From Balanoglossus misakiensis (Eukaryota > Animalia > Hemichordata): a stretch of DNA of 64,000 nt. Positions 60,201 to 64,000 of this stretch are shown piece by piece. The notes beneath the pieces were generated by a model. It was not told where the DNA came from and made no database searches. It saw nothing but the letters and a program-made list of their open reading frames with translations. Within the stretch, counting starts at the first letter, position 1; each line of letters starts with the position of its first letter. The DNA lies in contig CM082577.2 in the NCBI GenBank assembly GCA_040954595.2, positions 11,441,654-11,505,653 of the forward strand, written 5' to 3'. A program made the translations under genes and the position numbers.

Positions 60201-63200
60201 GTTTAGCGTCTGGTGAGACTATAAGAACTGGTGGGACATTGGTGTTAGGTCAAGAACAGGATGACCGGAGAGGTGGATATGACAAATCACAAGCATTTAT
60301 TGGCATCATCACTCAATTCAACATGTGGTCCAGAGTTTTAACAGATGGGCAAGTTGCCATGGTGGCACAAGACTGCTCAATTGGAGGAGATGTCTTTACT
60401 TGGAATACTGCTTCTCTCTACATGTCAGCTAATGCAGAGCTGGGAAAGAGCAATGTTTGCTGTAAGTTATGTTTTTAATTAGAGTTCAACCACTTGATCC
60501 CCTAAACATATGAGAATAATACTAGTAGCTAATTGCCTGTTTTTTTAGTTTAAATCAATCCAAACTTCACAGCTATAATGACTTCGCATTTTTAACAAAC
60601 TTCTGTCTTTCCATCTTTCAGCAAAGGGAAACACTCTTGAATTACGTATACTTTCAACTCAAACGGATGTTGCTGTTCAAATCGACGTCCCTGATTTGAC
60701 AGCTGTGACTGCATGTCTCTGGGTCAAAGCTGATTCGTCAAAAGAAAAGGCAACATTGGTTTCTTACTGTGTCAGCCGATCTAGCTGTAACGAGTTCCTC
60801 TTGTATGGTACAACCTCTCTGAACCTTTACGTCAAAGAGAAAAGCGCCAGGACAGGATTGGGGGTAGATGATGGTGCCTGGCATCATATGTGCGTGACGT
60901 GGTCATCAAGTGGTGGAAACTGGGCAAGTTACCATAATGGTGAATTGTTAAGCAGCGGTCATGGTTTAGCGTCTGGTGAGACTATAAGAACTGGTGGGAC
61001 ATTGGTGTTAGGTCAAGAACAGGATGACCGGAGAGGTGGATATGACAAATCACAAGCATTTATTGGCATCATCACTCAATTCAACATGTGGTCCAGAGTT
61101 TTAACAGATGGGCAAGTTGCCATGGTGGCACAAGACTGCTCAATTGGAGGAGATGTCTTTACTTGGAATACTGCTTCTCTCTACATGTCAGCTAATGCAG
61201 AGCTGGGAAAGAGCAATGTTTGCTGTAAGTTATGTTTTTAATTAGAGTTCAACCACTTGATCCCCTAAACATATGAGAATAATACTAGTAGTTAATTGCC
61301 TGTTTTTTTAGTTTAAATCAATCCAAACTTCACAGCTATAATGACTTCGCATTTTTAACAAACTTCTGTCTTTCCATCTTTCAGCAAAGGGAAACACTCT
61401 TGAATTACTTTCAACTCAAACGGATGTTGCTGTTCAAATCGACGTCCCTGATTTGACAGCTATGACTGCGTGTCTCTGGGTCAAAGCTGATTCGTCAAAA
61501 GAAAAGGCAACATTGGTTTCTTACTGTGTCAGCCGATCTAGCTGTAACGAGTTCCTCTTGTATGGTACAACCTCTCTGAACCTTTACGTCAAAGAGAAAA
61601 GCGCCAGGACAGGATTGGGGGTAGATGATGGTGCCTGGCATCATATGTGCGTGACGTGGTCCTCAAGTGGTGGAAACTGGGCAAGTTACCATAATGGTGA
61701 ATTGTTAAGCAGCGGTCATGGTTTAGCGTCTGGTGAGACTATAAGAACTGGTGGGACATTGGTGTTAGGTCAAGAACAGGATGACCGGAGAGGTGGATAT
61801 GACAAATCACAAGCATTTATTGGCAGCATCACTCAATTCAACATGTGGTCCAGAGTTTTAACAGATGGGCAAGTTGCCATGGTGGCACAAGACTGCTCAA
61901 TTGGAGGAGATGTCTTTACTTGGAATACTGCTTCTCTCTACATGTCAGCTAATGCAGAGCTGGGAAAGAGCAATGTTTGCTGTAAGTTATGTTTTTAATT
62001 AGAGTTCAACCACTTGATCCCCTAAACATATGAGAATAATACTAGTAGTTAATTGCCTGTTTTTTTAGTTTAAATCAATCCAAACTTCACAGCTATAATG
62101 ACTTCGCATTTTTAACAAACTTCTGTCTTTCCATCTTTCAGCTAAGGGAAACACTCTTGAATTACTTTCAACTCAAACGGATGTTGCTGTTAAAATCGAC
62201 GTCCCTGATTTGACAGCTGTGACTGCGTGTCTCTGGGTCAAAGCTGATTCGTCAAAAGAAAAGGCAACATTGGTTTCTTACTGTGTCAGCCGATCTAGCT
62301 GCAACGAGTTCCTCTTGTATGGTACAACCTCTCTGAACCTTTACGTCAAAGAGAAAAGCGCCAAGACAGGATTGGGGGTAGATGATGGTGCCTGGCATCA
62401 TATGTGCGTGACGTGGTCCTCAAGTGGTGGAAACTGGGCAAGTTACCATAATGGTGAATTGTTAAGCAGCGGTCATGGTTTAGCGTCTGGTGAGACTATA
62501 AGAACTGGTGGGACATTGGTGTTAGGTCAAGAACAGGATGACCGGAGAGGTGGATATGACAAATCACAAGCATTTATTGGCAGCATCACTCAATTCAACA
62601 TGTGGTCCAGAGTTTTAACAGATGGGCAAGTTGCCATGGTGGCACAAGACTGCTCAATTGGAGGAGATGTCTTTACTTGGAATACTGCTTCTCTCTACAT
62701 GTCAGCTAATGCAGAGCTGGGAAAGAGCAATGTTTGCTGTAAGTTATGTTTTTAATTAGAGTTCAACCACTTGATCCCCTAAACATATGAGAATAATACT
62801 AGTAGTTAATTGCCTGTTTTTAGTTTAAATCAATCGAAACTTCACAGCTATAATGACTTCGCATTTTTAACAAACTTCTGTCTTTCCATCTTTCAGCTAA
62901 GGGAAACACTCTTGAATTACTTTCAACTCAAACGGATGTTGCTGTTAAAATCGACGTCCCTGATTTGACAGCTGTGACTGCGTGTCTCTGGGTCAAAGCT
63001 GATTCGTCAAAAGAAAAGGCAACATTGGTTTCTTACTGTGTCAGCCGATCTAGCTGCAACGAGTTCCTCTTGTATGGTACAACCTCTCTGAACCTTTACG
63101 TCAAAGAGAAAAGCGCCAAGACAGGATTGGGGGTAGATGATGGTGCCTGGCATCATATGTGCGTGACGTGGTCCTCAAGTGGTGGAAACTGGGCAAGTTA

Positions 63201-64000
63201 CCATAATGGTGAATTGTTAAGCAGTGGTCATGGTTTAGCGTCTGGTGAGACTATAAGAACTGGTGGGACATTGGTGTTAGGTCAAGAACAGGATGACCGG
63301 AGAGGTGGATATGACAAATCACAAGCATTTATTGGCATCATCACTCAATTCAACATGTGGTCCAGAGTTTTAACAGATGGGCAAGTTGCCATGGTGGCAC
63401 AAGACTGCTCAATTGGAGGAGATGTCTTTACTTGGAATACTGCTTCTCTCTACATGTCAGCTAATGCAGAGCTGGGAAAGAGCAATGTTTGCTGTAAGTT
63501 ATGTTTTTAATTAGAGTTCAACCACTTGATCCCCTAAACATATGAGAATAATACTAGTAGTTAATTGCCTGTTTTTTTAGTTTAAATCAATCCAAACTTC
63601 ACAGCTATAATGACTTCGCATTTTTAACAAACTTCTGTCTTTCCATCTTTCAGCAAAGGGAAACACTCTTGAATTACTTTCAACTCAAACGGATGTTGCT
63701 GTTCAAATCGACGTCCCTGATTTGACAGCTGTGACTGCGTGTCTCTGGGTCAAAGCTGATTCGTCAAAAGAAAAGGCAACATTGGTTTCTTACTGTGTCA
63801 GCCGATCTAGCTGTAACGAGTTCCTCTTGTATGGTACAACCTCTCTGAACCTTTACGTCAAAGAGAAAAGCGCCAGGACAGGATTGGGGGTAGATGATGG
63901 TGCCTGGCATCATATGTGCGTGACATGGTCCTCAAGTGGTGGAAACTGGGCAAGTTACCATAATGGTGAATTGTTAAGCAGCGGTCATGGTTTAGCGTCT
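50434..64000 (+). CDS. Gene 3: secreted proteinase K/aqualysin/PCSK9-like S8A subtilase fused to at least 10 tandem pentraxin domains (runs off the window)
   Basis: Protease exons splice in frame. Exon 8 ends ATT G|gtgagt (phase 1) with no stop, and the next recognisable coding exon is pentraxin 56836 (aag|GA AAC ACT), giving Gly at the junction. Confidence 0.8.
51498..51694. repeat. (TATG)n microsatellite in protease intron 2
   Basis: Directly visible. Confidence 0.97.
54365..55159. mobile_element. 795-bp TTAA-target MITE (Kolobok-like termini)
   Basis: TTAA|GATGGGTCCCCCG...CGGGGGACCCATC|TTAA with ~115-bp imperfect TIRs; empty site cttaaatcgtg in copy A at ~30367. Confidence 0.88.
56836..64000 (+). 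CDS. Pentraxin exon cluster 3 (56836-57426, 57587-58183, 58345-58947, 59109-59705, 59865-60461, 60622-61224, 61385-61981, 62142-62738, 62897-63493, 63654-window end)
   Basis: ~757-bp exon+intron tandem unit; all exons open and phase 1-1; introns ~160 bp and nearly identical. Confidence 0.93.

Noticed and set aside
58345-60660. Possible frameshift from the extra bases gtatac in two pentraxin exons
   Set aside because: The insertion is 6 bp and keeps the frame.

Overview
AT-rich, intron-containing animal DNA, most likely a marine invertebrate deuterostome such as a hemichordate (inferred from gene content and repeats, not proven). The first 14 kb holds a 14-finger C2H2 zinc-finger ORF (-), a decayed multi-exon gene (-), several MITE/Helentron-like elements and a two-exon secreted coiled-coil + EAR/EPTP-repeat gene (+). 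From about 15.9 kb to the end is a tandemly duplicated locus of three + strand genes. They share arrays of ~597-bp symmetric phase-1 pentraxin exons (15 complete, 1 cut by the window end, 1 deleted remnant) but have different N-terminal heads. Gene 1 has a type II membrane anchor, a Thr-rich stalk, an unnamed Cys domain and 3 pentraxins. Gene 2 has a signal peptide, a subtilase head whose catalytic domain is removed by an in-frame ~2.9-kb deletion, and 3 pentraxins. Gene 3 has an intact 8-exon proteinase K/aqualysin/PCSK9-type (S8A) protease spliced in frame to at least 10 pentraxin domains. Pentraxin variation concentrates at positions matching the CRP ligand-binding face, including a Cys-bracketed variable loop. 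Also present: an orphan CYP 3' end, two Penelope-type hammerhead ribozyme motifs, a MITE carrying CTCF-like motifs, segmental/tandem duplications and long (TACA)n microsatellites. All gene models were assembled by eye from GT-AG sites and reading frame; there is no transcript evidence.
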